A model generated the notes under the pieces. The model did no database searches and was not told where the DNA came from. It saw only the letters and a list, made by a program, of their open reading frames with translations. This document shows positions 1 to 12,185 of a stretch of 64,000 bases of DNA, piece by piece; the first letter of the stretch is position 1; each line of letters starts with the position of its first letter. The position numbers and the translations under genes are program-made. Location of the stretch: the NCBI GenBank assembly GCA_010015805.1, contig ML978145.1, forward strand, positions 1 through 64,000. The letters run 5' to 3'. Origin of the DNA: Rhizodiscina lignyota (Eukaryota).

Positions 1-339
1 TAAATCGGTCCGACCCCCTCCTTATCCTGCCGGCGCTAAATTTGTTAGCAGGTTCAAATCGGTTCGACTCGAACCGGTCGTGTGGTACGAGTTAGTCGAC
101 TTCTAAAATCTGACTAGGACCCTAACAAGGACCTTAAAATAGTAGCTGCTATTAGGCTATTAGACGGTAACGGACTATAGGAACTCCTTCGCTATTTAAG
201 GCTACGGTCGTTTTCTAGTAGCTCTAATACTACGTGCCGCCGCTTAATACCCTGTCTACTCTGCCTACTTAGCACGGTTATCTATATAGGCTATTCCGCT
301 AACTCTACTATAATAGGCTATAGTAGCGGCTTATAGCTA

Positions 340-3300
340 TTAACTACTAGGAAGTCGTGCTATTCTCTAGACGCCTAGTAGTAGACTCTTAGCAACGCCG
401 GCTATAGCGAGTTTAGGAAGGCCGCGTCGATACTATACGAAGCTCTACGCTATAATAGCCTATAACTACTTTACTAAGAGAAGGCTACCTCGATATCAGC
501 GCTCGCGGTCTAGTCGTTATAGCGGTTAAAAGGCTTACTAATCTACTTTACATGCTTTTCCGTAACTGCAATCGATAGCTACTAGTAGACCTAAACGCTA
601 AAAGACACTTTGTAGACGTCCTATATAAGCTTCTTTAGCGCCTTTATTAGTATATCCACCTTCTATAGCTAGCGTAGGTTGTTTAGTAAAGCGAATAGGA
701 GACAGCGCTCCTAGTCGTAGCTATAGTACGACTAATACAACATATCGACAAACGGGCGCACGTAAATAAGATAGGTAGCGATTAGCTTTAAGTCCTATAT
801 AAGAAGATACCGCGCTACCTAGAACTCGTAGTTAGTAGAGTACTAAGCTTTCTAATACCGTACGACGAGGACGATAGAGCCTTTATATATATATATACTA
901 CGTGAGGTACTTAGTCTATTATAGTACTCGATGCTAAAAAGCTTACTTACCCGCGTAGCCTGCCCGCCGCGGAGGTATATAACTAGTATAAGGTAGGTAA
1001 GAAGGTCTGCCTCCGCTTTAAGGTAGTAGCGGATAGCGCTTATATCCTACCTTTTACTCGATATTAGCCTATTAATCGGATCTAGGCATACGCGGGAGGA
1101 TAGCTTAAGGTAGGCGGTAGTAAGCTTGTTTACTAGGTCTTAGACAAAGGAGTAGCCTTACGTATTATTCGAGAACTTGTCGCGTATATCTCTAAGCTAT
1201 AGCTTAGGTATTAGCCTATATATTAACCAAGTTATTAAGTCCGTAGCTAGCTAAAGGGCGTAGTATCTAAAGTAGTATAGCTAATCTATCCGAAGCTCGC
1301 CTCTGTCCTAGGATATAGTCTCCGAGTCCTTACTCTACTATACCCGGAAGCTAGGCCCGTCTATACGGGAGAGGGCGCGGCTATAAGTACGTAGGCTTAG
1401 GAGTTCGCCTATTAGTCCCCTATAACTATAGTAGAAGTAGCGCTTACAGATCTTATTAAGCCGCCTTAGACCGCTTATACGCGGTCTAGCCCCTAAGCTA
1501 ATAGCTAGGTACGCGAACTAGGGAAGGGTTATCTCGAGTAGGTAGAGCTAGGCGTAGTAGATTAGCGTAGAGAGCTTTAAGGTAAAGGTACGTAGCCTTT
1601 TTAAGGTCGATCCTAAGTCTAAAAACCCTAGTACCCTACTAAAGTAAATTAATATAGTAGAGTCTGCATAGCTATTAGCGAACTCTTCTGTATATAGAAA
1701 TATTAAGAGCCCTACAATTAGATCCGCAAGCCTCTCTACTATAGGAGTTAGGCTAGGGTAAGATAGTTCTATGTAAATAAGGGGTTTATATTAGCCTTAT
1801 ATATATATAATAGGATAGAGTAGGTACTTATATTTATATAGAGTAATTAAGTAAATAGACTTACTCTACTTTTATTTTCGATTACGCTAGGTAAGTCTAA
1901 TAGTATCCCTCTCTCCGTTAATATTATCGTTAGTCTCGTTATAGTTATCGTCGTCGCTACTATTATCGCCGCTACCGCCGCTGCCGCCGCTACTACTACT
2001 ATCGCTACTTAAGTAAGCTTTCTCTAAATTACGCTCGCTAGTACTAGTAGCTATAGTCTTATCGCCGCTAGCGTTTAAGCTAGTCTCGTCGGATAATTCT
2101 AGCGGGCTCTTTAGCTTATTACCCTCTCTATCTAGGGATAGCGCTACTACTACTACTACTACTACTACTACTATAGTAGTAGCGGCGGCGGCGGCGGAAC
2201 TACCCTTTAATAGCCTTAAATAGCTCTAACAACAGTAGATAATTAGTCCTAAGCGACTAGAGCTCTTACTATTAGAGGCGGTAAGGGTTTCTAGGTTACG
2301 GCGCAGCGATAGAAAGTATAGGCCTTAACCTCCTATTATCGTCTATAGTAGCTAACCCGCTAGGCCGTCTAGCTTAAGTCGCGAGGCGGCTACCTATACT
2401 AGCTCTATAGCCCTTCGCTAGCTGTCTAAAAGCTGTACGCTAAGTAGCTCTCCGCGTACTCTACTATTAAGGCGATATAAGCGGGCTAAAAAGTATATAA
2501 GCCTCTTCTATAGCCCTTAGTACCTTCTTCTAGTACTCTCCTATACTAGTAGCTTAAATAGCGCCTTATACAGCCTCCTAAAGACCTAGCTTCGAAGCTA
2601 GTAGCGGGCTAAGTAGCCTATATTCTGTATAGTATCCTCGTACTAATTAAAGAAGTAGTTAATAGTACGACTAATTACGGTAAAGACCTACTCGTCCTTA
2701 GCGCTACTACAAATCTCGTCCGTGCCGGGGCGGCTAAGTAGTAGGCTATAGCCGTACGGAGTAGGAGGGTTAGTAAGGCGCTAGAGTAAGTAGTAATCAG
2801 TACTAGCAAACGTGTTAGCCTAGCTAGTCCTACGCATCTAAGTACTCGTAAAGGCCGGGTCGTCTATACTAGTATCTATTACTACTAAGTAGTCTTATAT
2901 CTTTTCTATAGCCTAATACTCCTCTTCCTCGTATAGTAGTAGAACCCTTCTCTTATAGCATAGCGAGCCGCTTACTACCTCTAGCGTAAGAGCGTATTAA
3001 CTATCTACCGCTACCGCCGCCGCTACTACTACTATCTAGTATTCTCGCATACCGTTCTAACTCTAGCTCTATAGGCTTAGACTAGTATAGAGGTTATTAC
3101 GAAGCTAGGTCTTACAGCTGCCCTTTCGACTATACCCTTTCGCTAGGTAGCGCTATACGAGGTCAAGGCTAGTAGACTAGTACTAGTAGTACTTGTAAGC
3201 CGCGCTAGATTAGACGGCAAGGTATAGGTATAGTACAGAGCCGTTAGGCCGGAGACTAAGCTTATTAGGATACAGTAGGTTTAGCGAGTTAATAAAGGTA

Positions 3301-3420
3301 TTAAGGCCGCGGCGGGCTTCGGTAGGCACTTAGTACTTCTCCTAAAGGTGCTTAGACACGGCCTTAGCAGACGGCTTAAGCGCGTACTTATACTCTATAC
3401 AGATAACAACGCGCTCAGTT
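340..3420 (-). pseudogene. DUF3505 (OrsD-like Cys/His domain) + tyrosine-recombinase-like ORF destroyed by RIP
   Basis: Literal minus-strand reads: ~3420-3140 ERVVICIEYKYALKPSAKAVSKHL*EK...; ~2840 *MRRTS*ANTFA; ~970-860 RGGQATRVSKLFSIE...VRY*KA; ~600-345 V*VY**LSIAVTEKHVK*ISKPFNRY...AFS**SSYRLL*RRASYSIDAAF...E*HDFL. Most stops sit at expected CAG/CAA/TGG codons. Confidence 0.8.
2144..2172. repeat. (CTA)n microsatellite followed by (GCG)n inside the RIP relic
   Basis: ctactactac... visible directly; probably a RIP-converted low-complexity linker of the relic ORF. Confidence 0.8.
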
Positions 3421-3552
3421 CAGTCTAGATATAGCCCTAATATAGTAAGCCTCCGGTCTTAGTCTACGCTCGTAAGAGAGTCCTAGTAGCCGGATAGCTT
3501 AGTTTTATCGACAAGGGCTTAAAATATTATTCTTAAGAGATAATAAGCTTAA

Positions 3553-3584
<32 letters not shown>

Positions 3585-3617
3585 AGAGAGCGAGCGAGCA
3601 AGCGAGCGCGAGAGAGA
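3553..3617. repeat. (GA)n / GAGC microsatellite
   Basis: agagagag... then gagcgagcgagc visible directly. Confidence 0.9.
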
Positions 3618-3740
3618 TTAAAAAAGAGATTAGTACGATTAGATTAATAGTATAATAGTAGTTAAAGTAGTTATTATTAAGTACGGACGGGCGCGCAGCG
3701 TACAGGCTATATAAGCCCAGATTTAGGGGGAGAGGGATTC

Positions 3741-3951
3741 GCGACGGGTTCCTAGAGGGCAGTAAATCGCGACGCGATCCGTACGCGTAACATAGGGGGC
3801 AGGCAGGTGAAATTAGGAAGGCGACGCGTTCCTAGGTGTCAACAAGGGGGTAAAATAGGGCAAGTTGCGGGAAGGCGACGCGTTCCGGAGTAGAATACTT
3901 GAGTAGGATGCCTAATGTTAGGTCGCGGAAGGCTTGTTCGCCTACTTGCCC
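3741..3951. repeat. Sub-terminal short direct and inverted repeats of the element
   Basis: GCGACGCGTTCC-like 12-mers at 3741, 3769, 3821, 3875; GGGCAAGT (3858-3865) inverted as ACTTGCCC (3944-3951). Confidence 0.7.
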
Positions 3952-4480
3952 CTGGGCGATATCAAAAACGGCCTCGCACATTGGCCGCCAGGTATCAACA
4001 ACGACAGTGCTCAGCTGGTGATGGTGGATACTGGATGCCTGCGCTGATCATTGCGTTCCTGTCGCCGTGTGGACTGTTTGAAAGAGCTGAGCTGTCATTT
4101 GAATGACCGCTAATGACTATATCGAAAGCTTTCATTAAGTCTTCGCACCGTTGGATTAAATCTCCGCACTACTGAAGCGCTGCTTCTATCTCACACTTCA
4201 GATTCGAGTCCATAATCAGTAGCTACCGTTCACGCGTCGCAAGATTCGCCTGACACGTTTCTGAATGCTAGTTAGTGAGGATGTAAGTTTTTCACAATCG
4301 CCTTCAATTGATGCATCATGCAGTTTATATCGCCAGCAGAAACCTGCATTTCATAACAGCAAAATTCCGTCACCAACGCTACGCAAAGCGAAAACATCTG
4401 TCCGTCATCCGCAAATCAACTGCCGTCTCTGCACATGAAGAGGGAGGCTTTACTTAGCTCCTAGCCAGCATATGGAGGTT

Positions 4481-4820
4481 GAGCTTTAATTTGATCACGC
4501 GCAGCTCCTTGCCTTTTACTTTGCACGCATTGCTAGAGCGTTAGTACGATTATACACGGATACTTGACTTTGAATTTGCACGCATTGCTCGAGCTTTAAT
4601 TCGATTATACGCAGGTGCCTGACTTCGAATTTACACGCATAAGTCGAGCTTCCGTCTGATTATACGCAGACGCCTGACTTTGAATTTGCACGTAGGGATC
4701 GAGCTTCAGTACAATTATACACGGACGCCTGACCTTGAATTTGCAGGTATGGGTTGAGCTTCAGTTCGATTATACGTCAGCTCTTGACCTGAACCCTGCA
4801 CACACAGGCTGAGCTTCAGT
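4481..4820. repeat. Degenerate 55-bp tandem repeat (6 units plus a partial one)
   Basis: Units start GAGC at 4481, 4536, 4591, 4646, 4701, 4756, 4811 (exact 55-nt period); consensus about GAGCTTCAGTTCGATTATACGCAGGCGCCTGACTTTGAATTTGCACGCATTGCTC. Confidence 0.9.
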
Positions 4821-5285
4821 TTCCTTGTACATATCGAGAGTATATCTAGACAGCAGAGAAAAATTAGTGACCAGCCCAAGGAAACTTGGTTTCGATGCGA
4901 ATCGAAAACTTTCTGTTGAGAAGAGAAGGGCAGTAACGATGAGTATAAATACCCGTTTCGAACACTCCCAGTCGGAAAAACTGTAGCCCGAACTAGCTTA
5001 GCCTTTGGACAATAGCTGAGCTTGTAGTGATCAGAGTGCGACACGGTGTTAATCACGACAGTCTCGCTGCAAGTCACTCAAGAGATTGCAATTTCGAGCG
5101 ATGGAAAATGGTCGTGATCATGTCGTATCTTGCTGTCGACGAAGAACAGAAGCCAAGCTCAAACAGAATAAAACAGCTATTGGTAGTAGTCTAAGACCGA
5201 TATATGTACATTTTCGGCGGATATTAAAAGAACACAAAGATTAACGAGTTGATTGAGAAGGAAACTTTGTGGGAGTACGCCGACT

Positions 5286-6555
5286 CTATACGCGCTCTTT
5301 CTTCAAGAAATCAAAGACCATCTGAAAGGCCTTTGGAGCAATATAGTGCAGGTTGAGGTCGTGTCTGGGAAGAGTTAGCCACAACATCTCTCTGCGGTTA
5401 TTGGAAGAAAACTCACCCTGCGGGAAGATCATCGACATATTGGACTCTTTTGGAATTGTTGAACAAGGTCGCAGTAGTGTTTATCAGGCCAACACAATCA
5501 CCACCGCACGCTGAAACGTCAAACTGACCCTGTAGGAGGAGCACTGGCGCTTTGATCTTCGAGTAGTCGATCGTAGTCTCGAGCACGGTTGGAAGCTCCC
5601 CGATGGCAAAGGGCTGGCTGGCGACATTATATGTCCACTCTGCAACATCATGGCTAAAGTGTGGAGCAGCAAAGTACACATACGTCTCGGCAAAGAGATC
5701 AGAACTCGTAATATAGCCCGAGTCAAGGTCGCCCCATCGGTATGGCTGCTGGAGCCTTGCTATGCGGAATCCGGTGCCAGCGACAAAGGGAGCGAAATTG
5801 GCAAACGAGCCCGAGTAACCCGTCAGGATAAGTGCGTCAACTTCAGTCTGGCTCGCAGACAAAGCCGAAATGTAGGAACCGTAACTGTGACCGAAGAGGG
5901 CGACCTTCTCAGCTTTCATAGTCTTTCGTGCGTACGACACGAGTTCGTCAAGCACTGCGCCTTGCACTTGGAATTGAGCGTCTGTGCTGGAGTTTACTCT
6001 ATCGGCGAATACGTTAGATCATCGCGCATGCTTTCAGCAGACATTGGCTTACTTTGAGGATGTTCCAACGCCGATACGGTCATAGCTGAGAACAGAGTAA
6101 CCGGCAGCAAGTGCGGCTTTGACGAAACTGTACTTGTCACCGCCTAGGAAATCTGGGTCCCAGTACCTGAAGACATTAACGCGCGAACCCTAAATAAATG
6201 GTGCAGTGTCGTACTTCTTAGATTCAATGATGCCGTGCGTAAGTACCAGTGTTGTGCGTCCGGTGCCACATAGTGTCGCGCCAATTGTATAGGAGCTTTT
6301 CACTGCCTTGGACGTTGACCCTGCGACCGGGAGGGGATCTGAACTGGTGCCAGAGTCGCGACGGGTGAGGGCCAAAGTCAACGCCGTGGCGTCCCAGTCA
6401 TTCTCGATGGTCGTGTTAAGGATAAATCGTGGCACAGAGACTTGCACTGGGATTTGGACTTCTCGACAGCCCGAGGTGTGTGAGGTGTAGTCGAATCCGT
6501 TCGGCAGCGCGCAGGCGACCGCAGCAATGCCCAGGGTCAGCAGTGAACGATACAT
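5286..6555 (-). CDS. Secreted alpha/beta hydrolase (3 introns)
   Basis: Signal peptide MYRSLLTLGIAAVACA; oxyanion THG, YDRIGVG, nucleophile GHSYG, last exon GHDLNLH with catalytic His; stop at 5286-5288. Confidence 0.85.
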
Positions 6556-7612
6556 CTTTCCCAAACGAATGTGAGAAACAAAACAGCTTCAAGATGTGGT
6601 GTGCATGTACTTGAAGCAATCTGAGCCCGCCTTATGAAGGAAGAGCAGAGACTTTAGCGTGCTGATAAATTGTTACAAGCACTACGCCGGTTGAGGTATC
6701 TAGTCCCAAAGTCTCCACATCGTGGCAGCGCGTGCTATTCTGCAGGCTTCTGCCAGAATCAAGGGGAATGATGAATGATTAATCAGGCGTACTAGCTTGG
6801 CTGCGCAGTTCAGAATTGATCGAAATTTGATTGAGGACCGATTTCCGTGCAAAGACTAGTCGGTGTCGTTGAATCCTAATCTGCTGGGGCACGTGGAGCT
6901 ACTTGTGCACAGAGCTGCGAAACAATTAAACCTGCTTTACAATCATTTGAGCAATTGACAATCTGACGCTTGAATGCACGGTCATAATCAATCATATCTG
7001 CTTGAGGAGGCTTATATCAAATTACCTTTGGTAGCATACTAGTTCTCTTAGGAAATCCAACCAGGGTTTTATGCATATCTCACAGAGTTCAAGCGCGCAT
7101 AGCAATAACATTCTACGTAGACCATAGAATCTATCAACACCCATATTGACGGCGTTCAGGATTTGACAAATAGCTTGTTTGCTCAATTATGAATCATCGA
7201 GTTGCACATATGAGGTCGAATGGAAGGGCTCGCCATGGACAGAGCCAAATCTTTCAATGTCTCGATCACCCTCACATTGCACGCTTTGAACGCCAAATTT
7301 GTTTATACTGTTGATTATACGCGAGTAGCTCTTCCCTATCGTAATTATTCTCAACCCTTTTGCGAGTGCGCAATGAACATTTGTCTTCGCCAAGGTCGCG
7401 GCGAAAGCTGTCCCAAAAGGGAATAAACCCCCGAATGCCGCAAGCCGTGATGGATCGTCGACATCCGCAACCCCTCACGCGCCGAGTTATTAGACCCAAG
7501 AACTCTCGCGCTTCGGTCGCCGAAGCCGACGAATATACACAGGAATTCGACCTGCAAGTTCATTTCCTGCATCATTACACCTACATTACATCAATCGCTG
7601 ATCACTTCAAAG

Positions 7613-8677
7613 ATGCCAGAAACAATGCAAGCCTGGGCTGTCGTCGAGCACGAAAAGCCCCTTCAAAAGATCGAACGACCAATACCCGAACCAAAGGGAA
7701 CAGAAGTGCTTGTCAAGGTCACACACTGCGGCATATGTCACTCTGATCTTCATTTCTGGCATGGCTACTATGAACTCGGTGGTGGAAAGCGATACTATTT
7801 GAAAGAGCGCGGAGCAAAACTCCCACACGCACTAGGGCATGAAATCCTCGGTACAGTCGCCAAACTCGGCCCTGATGCTGATAACATCCCCCTCGGAGCA
7901 AGCCGCATCGTCTACCCATGGACTGGCTGCCAGAAATGTCGTCGCTGTCAGGAAGGAGACGACAACCTGTGTCTTGCACAGCAGAGTCGCGGAATTCATG
8001 TCGACGGAGGCTTCGCTCAATACGTTCTCGTCCCTCACGCAAAGTACCTGGTAGACCACGAAGGAATCGACCCCGCCATTGCATGCACATTCGGTTGTTC
8101 AGGTCTTACAGTTCTGAGCTCAATTCAGAAGCTGATGCCTATACACCCGCAAGATCCTATTCTCCTCATCGGCGCGGGTGGCTTGGGGCTCGCGGGAATA
8201 GCCATGCTTCGGGCACTTGGTCATGAGAAGATAATAAGCGCCGACATCTCTCCCGAGAAACTCCAGACGGCGCTCGACGCAGGAGCAACAGCTGTTGTGA
8301 ACAGCGCGGACGGCGATGCAGTCAAAGCCGTCATTGATGCAGCTGGCGAACCCGTATTTGGGGTGCTGGACTTTGTGAACAATGGTCCGACAGCAGAACT
8401 GGGGTTCGCAAGCATGGCGAAAGGAGGGAAGATGGTAGCTGTTGGAATTCTTGGAGGACGACTTGATCTCTCCTTGGTGAGCATGATTTTCAGAAGTCTC
8501 ACACTCCAAGGCAACATCACCGGTGCGCTTAGACATCTCGAGGAGGTCACTAAACTAGCAAAGGAAGGGAAATTCACGCCAGCTCATTTTACAGAGGTGC
8601 CGTGGGATGAAGCAAGCGACGCTTTGATGCGTCTGAAAGATGGCAAAGTGACCGGGCGTTTAATTTTGGTACATTGA
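7613..8677 (+). CDS. Zn-dependent medium-chain alcohol dehydrogenase (6-hydroxyhexanoate dehydrogenase-like subfamily), intronless
   Basis: CHSD, GHE, structural Zn CxxCxxCx7C, GAGGLG; insertion GYYELGGGK...RG.KLP typical of that subfamily. Confidence 0.9.
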   Translation: MPETMQAWAVVEHEKPLQKIERPIPEPKGTEVLVKVTHCGICHSDLHFWHGYYELGGGKRYYLKERGAKLPHALGHEILGTVAKLGPDADNIPLGASRIVYPWTGCQKCRRCQEGDDNLCLAQQSRGIHVDGGFAQYVLVPHAKYLVDHEGIDPAIACTFGCSGLTVLSSIQKLMPIHPQDPILLIGAGGLGLAGIAMLRALGHEKIISADISPEKLQTALDAGATAVVNSADGDAVKAVIDAAGEPVFGVLDFVNNGPTAELGFASMAKGGKMVAVGILGGRLDLSLVSMIFRSLTLQGNITGALRHLEEVTKLAKEGKFTPAHFTEVPWDEASDALMRLKDGKVTGRLILVH

Positions 8678-8841
8678 TTCGCTCTCCGCTACCTGAGAAA
8701 GGAGAACCCCTAAAATCTTAAAAGGAAAGCTAAACTATTCAAAATTATTCGTCATTGACACCTTTATGGGAAGCATGGTGATCTCCTTCCCCTTTGGCCT
8801 ATTTATATCAACAGCCGAACTCTTGACAATCGAACTCACCA

Positions 8842-11431
8842 TCATCGTAAAGCTATGTCTTTGAAGCATCTGTCTGCCTTGACCCACTTACTCAACAAAA
8901 TCCGGCCAATTCCAAGTCGACAACTATATCCGCAATTATCATTTCCGATAAGCATGACATCAACAACTGGAATTCTACCATCGTAGTCGACAAGAACCTT
9001 CCCGCTGCTGTCCACAAGAGTGTAATCGGATGTTATATCGGAAATTGTTCTCGTAGGGCCCAATTCGCTGTGTCTCATTCTCTCCACCCAGTACAGGACA
9101 TTCGCTGGAATGATATCTCTAAGCTCAGATGACGTTATGATCACATCACTAAGAGACAGCGCACGTCGCTATGATTGGACAAGTCTCCTAGCTGTTCCTG
9201 GAATATCGGCTCAGAACGGCTGTATGATCCAACAATTTCGCGTTGCCCATTAAGGATAAGTCCTTCTCGCTCCCGCGTGGAGACATCAAAAGTCGCGGAC
9301 TGAACTCTTCCAAAGAGGACACCTTCACTAGCGCTTATATCGCATGGAGTTCGAGTAGAGCTGAATGCCTCTTTGAAGAAGGCTTTGCATGATTTCCATC
9401 TGTGGTTTGCTTTTTTCTTGAGTTCGGAGAAAGTTTCACGACGCAAATCGTGGGGAATCGGGAGTTTTGGTTCAAAACAACCATAAATCCAAGCTATTGC
9501 CATCAAAGCCAGGCTGTTCGACGATCTGTCCTGTTCCAGTTCACTGCAGACAGTTATACTCCGAGGACAAGTATCCGAGGACAAGTATCCGTCTTGTCGA
9601 ATTCTAGCCAATTCACCAAAGCTCCACTGACTACAGGTGCATTGACCGCAAAGAATGCATAAGATTTGCGCTTGATACTGATGTGGCCTCTTATAGAAGC
9701 CCACGACCATGAGGGGATAATCACATCATTCGCTTTGCGTATATCATGACTAGCTTTCTCATCCCTATCCTCTCTTACGAAGACATCCCAGAGAATGGCC
9801 TTCTCAAAGTCTACGAAAGGGAGACCGAAAGTCGTCGATTTAGACCCATACAAGGCGTTTGTTATGCCGTCGAAAGCGTTGAATATGTCAGTAGCCGAGC
9901 TTAACGAAAGGACACTGTATGCGGAAAGATGTCTCTTATAATCTTCCCACTGGGTGTTGCCATTCTGCTTTGACACACCGTCGGTAGAGTGGTCCGGTCC
10001 ATTGGTATTCCCAACTTTGTGAAGTATCTTCTCTCTACGAAAATGAGCGGCTGAGAGAGACTCGTACATTATGGCCTCCTGGCATTCAAACCAGACTTGG
10101 TTGTCCATGATGTACAGCTTGCGTCTTGGCAGAATTGACTCTTGATAAGTCCAAGCTCGCGTCCGCCATTTAGTACTAGCCAAACTCTTCCAAGGAGAGT
10201 CAACAGGATCCGGAGGCTGTGCACGATCCTGGGACACGCCTGGAATAGGAGTGTTCATGTACTCTCCGGTGGCCACAATCAATGCAAAAGTCGTCTTTGC
10301 ATAGATCTGGGCCATTCAGTTGATCTGCTCCTTTTGGTCTACGGCATCATCTTGCACAACGCATAAAGAGTCGACCCAAAGAAACCTTTGGTCCAGTCTT
10401 TTACATATAGTGATTGCATCTTCGATCGTAGCGGGAAGATGCTCTGATTTCAGCGAACCTAGCACGTGCAGATCTGTGATATTCGATCTGCTTGCCCTGA
10501 GTTTAGACGAGTGTACAGCATCGCCCCAAACATAGCTTAGAGCTACGTAGCGATGATGCATGGTGGTAGCCGGGATAAGTTTCCTTTCAAATGTGTCGAT
10601 GAGACAAATCTGGACTTCCTTGTCATCGTGGTGAGGCTCACATCTCGTATGTTTCGAGCGGCAGTCAGCGAGCCAATATTGAGCTAAACTCCAGTCAACC
10701 CTCCTTGAATTGAAAATTGTGAACTCTGCCCCGAAATAATCTTCCCCTTCCACGCAAGTCGAAGGATCTTGGTGAAGGGTCCGATCACAGGCGTCGCCAC
10801 ACAGCAAATGTTCGAAACAGACTCTTGCATCTACACTCTTAGCTGTAGTAGATATCTGTAAGAATGCAGGCTTAAATCGACGGTGGGGTTCGTGCCGAAT
10901 CCTGAGTTTTTCATCTCCGAGTCCAATCAAAAATTCTTCAGCCTCACGACAGAGAACACATTCAGGCTCTTGTCGAAATCTTTCAAGGATCTGTGCTCTT
11001 GTACCTAATGGGATATGAGGGCCCTGCTCTTCGTGTGATATACAAACATTGTAGTGCCGAAGCCTTAGGTGACGACAAAATTCGCAGACTGGGCTATATG
11101 GATATCTATCACACCGACATGGAGTATGAAAATACATTTCACAGATTTCCCAAGTGAGCCGGTCAGAGTGACCAATCCGTACATCGTTTGCGCTCATCAG
11201 AATTTTGCAGTGAGGGCAAGAACGAGCTTCGTTATCATCGATAATTGATGGACTACTAGAAGTCGAAGACACGCTTCTATCGTCTTGCAGGTGGTCTACA
11301 TCCAGCTTGTGCGTGAGGATGGAGAGTTCGTTCGTGCTTTTGTCATAATCATGGGCCTCAGCCTCGCCCTGAGTTTGACGACATTCATCTAAGCTGTTGC
11401 TTCGCTCAACCTCTTGAAGTCGCGGAGGCAT
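8842..11431 (-). pseudogene. HET (heterokaryon incompatibility) domain gene with one nonsense and two frameshift lesions
   Basis: YVALSYVWG, LPATIEDA, FLWVDSLCVVQDD, QIN*MAQIY, WRTRAWTYQE, PSWSW, C-terminal VMLI...RLGIG; in-frame TGA 10316-10318; 14-bp duplication 9561-9588; 5-bp duplication about 9140-9149. Confidence 0.9.
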
Positions 11432-12185
11432 GTTGGCAACCCAAAAGACTAAGGAGCGCAGGCGGTGATAGTCGCTGAACCCTATCTCTGCCGCTAAATA
11501 AGATTGAGAATGCGGAAACCTGTCGACAAGACAAAGTGTCGCTGCAAGGCTATCTATTATCTGAAGACGCAGAGATGCAGCGATAGAGGCAGGCTGTGGG
11601 GCCACGTAGGCTCTAACAGCAGCCTCCCTCACAGCAGACGGCGTGCTTCTTCCGCTGAGTCACAACGTACTCAATGCGGCATGGCTACATTTCTTCAGGT
11701 CTGATTGCTGGATAATTAAATTTCTCCGGCTTTGATGTGCAATAGCAAACAGAGATTGATGCATGAAGGCTTTGCTGATTGTTTAGTGACTGAAGACGCG
11801 TGCTTTCGCGACATTTTCGTATCGCGGGTAAAGCGGCAGTCGGCTCGAGCTCATCTATGAGTGCTATGATACGGGTGGTGATCTGGTCATTGATTTGAAA
11901 ATGCGCACCTTGGGCTATCCACTACCGTATTGGCGAAGCAAAGCTTAAACAAAACTCGCATTATTTACACATAAATAAGGCAATAGGAAGGCAGCAAGGC
12001 CTGGCTGTGGATCGGTGAAGAATTCAAACATTCGATTCACACTATTTGGCAAAGTATAAAGAGAGGTTAATTTGATTTTGTTCCCCCTCTCGCGTGAAAA
12101 CTCAATTAATCATTTCGCGTCAAAGGTTTTATCAACACCAAAATTGTACCCCTCACATCTTCATCGAATCTTCAAACTAACCATA

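Larger units (their letters stand above)
1..3950 (-). mobile_element. RIP-mutated relic of a DUF3505/tyrosine-recombinase-type fungal mobile element
   Basis: Strong TpA excess and CpA/TpG depletion, no ORF in the six-frame track until 3915. Minus strand still reads as a degenerate protein (next feature). Boundaries approximate; may extend left of the window. Confidence 0.85.

Noticed and set aside
4481..4820. CRISPR-like regular array
   Set aside because: Whole units are homologous with no unique spacers, no cas genes, and the context is eukaryotic
10316..10318. Stop-codon readthrough, A-to-I restoration or selenocysteine at the HET TGA
   Set aside because: Two downstream frameshifts would still break the protein; simple pseudogenisation is more parsimonious
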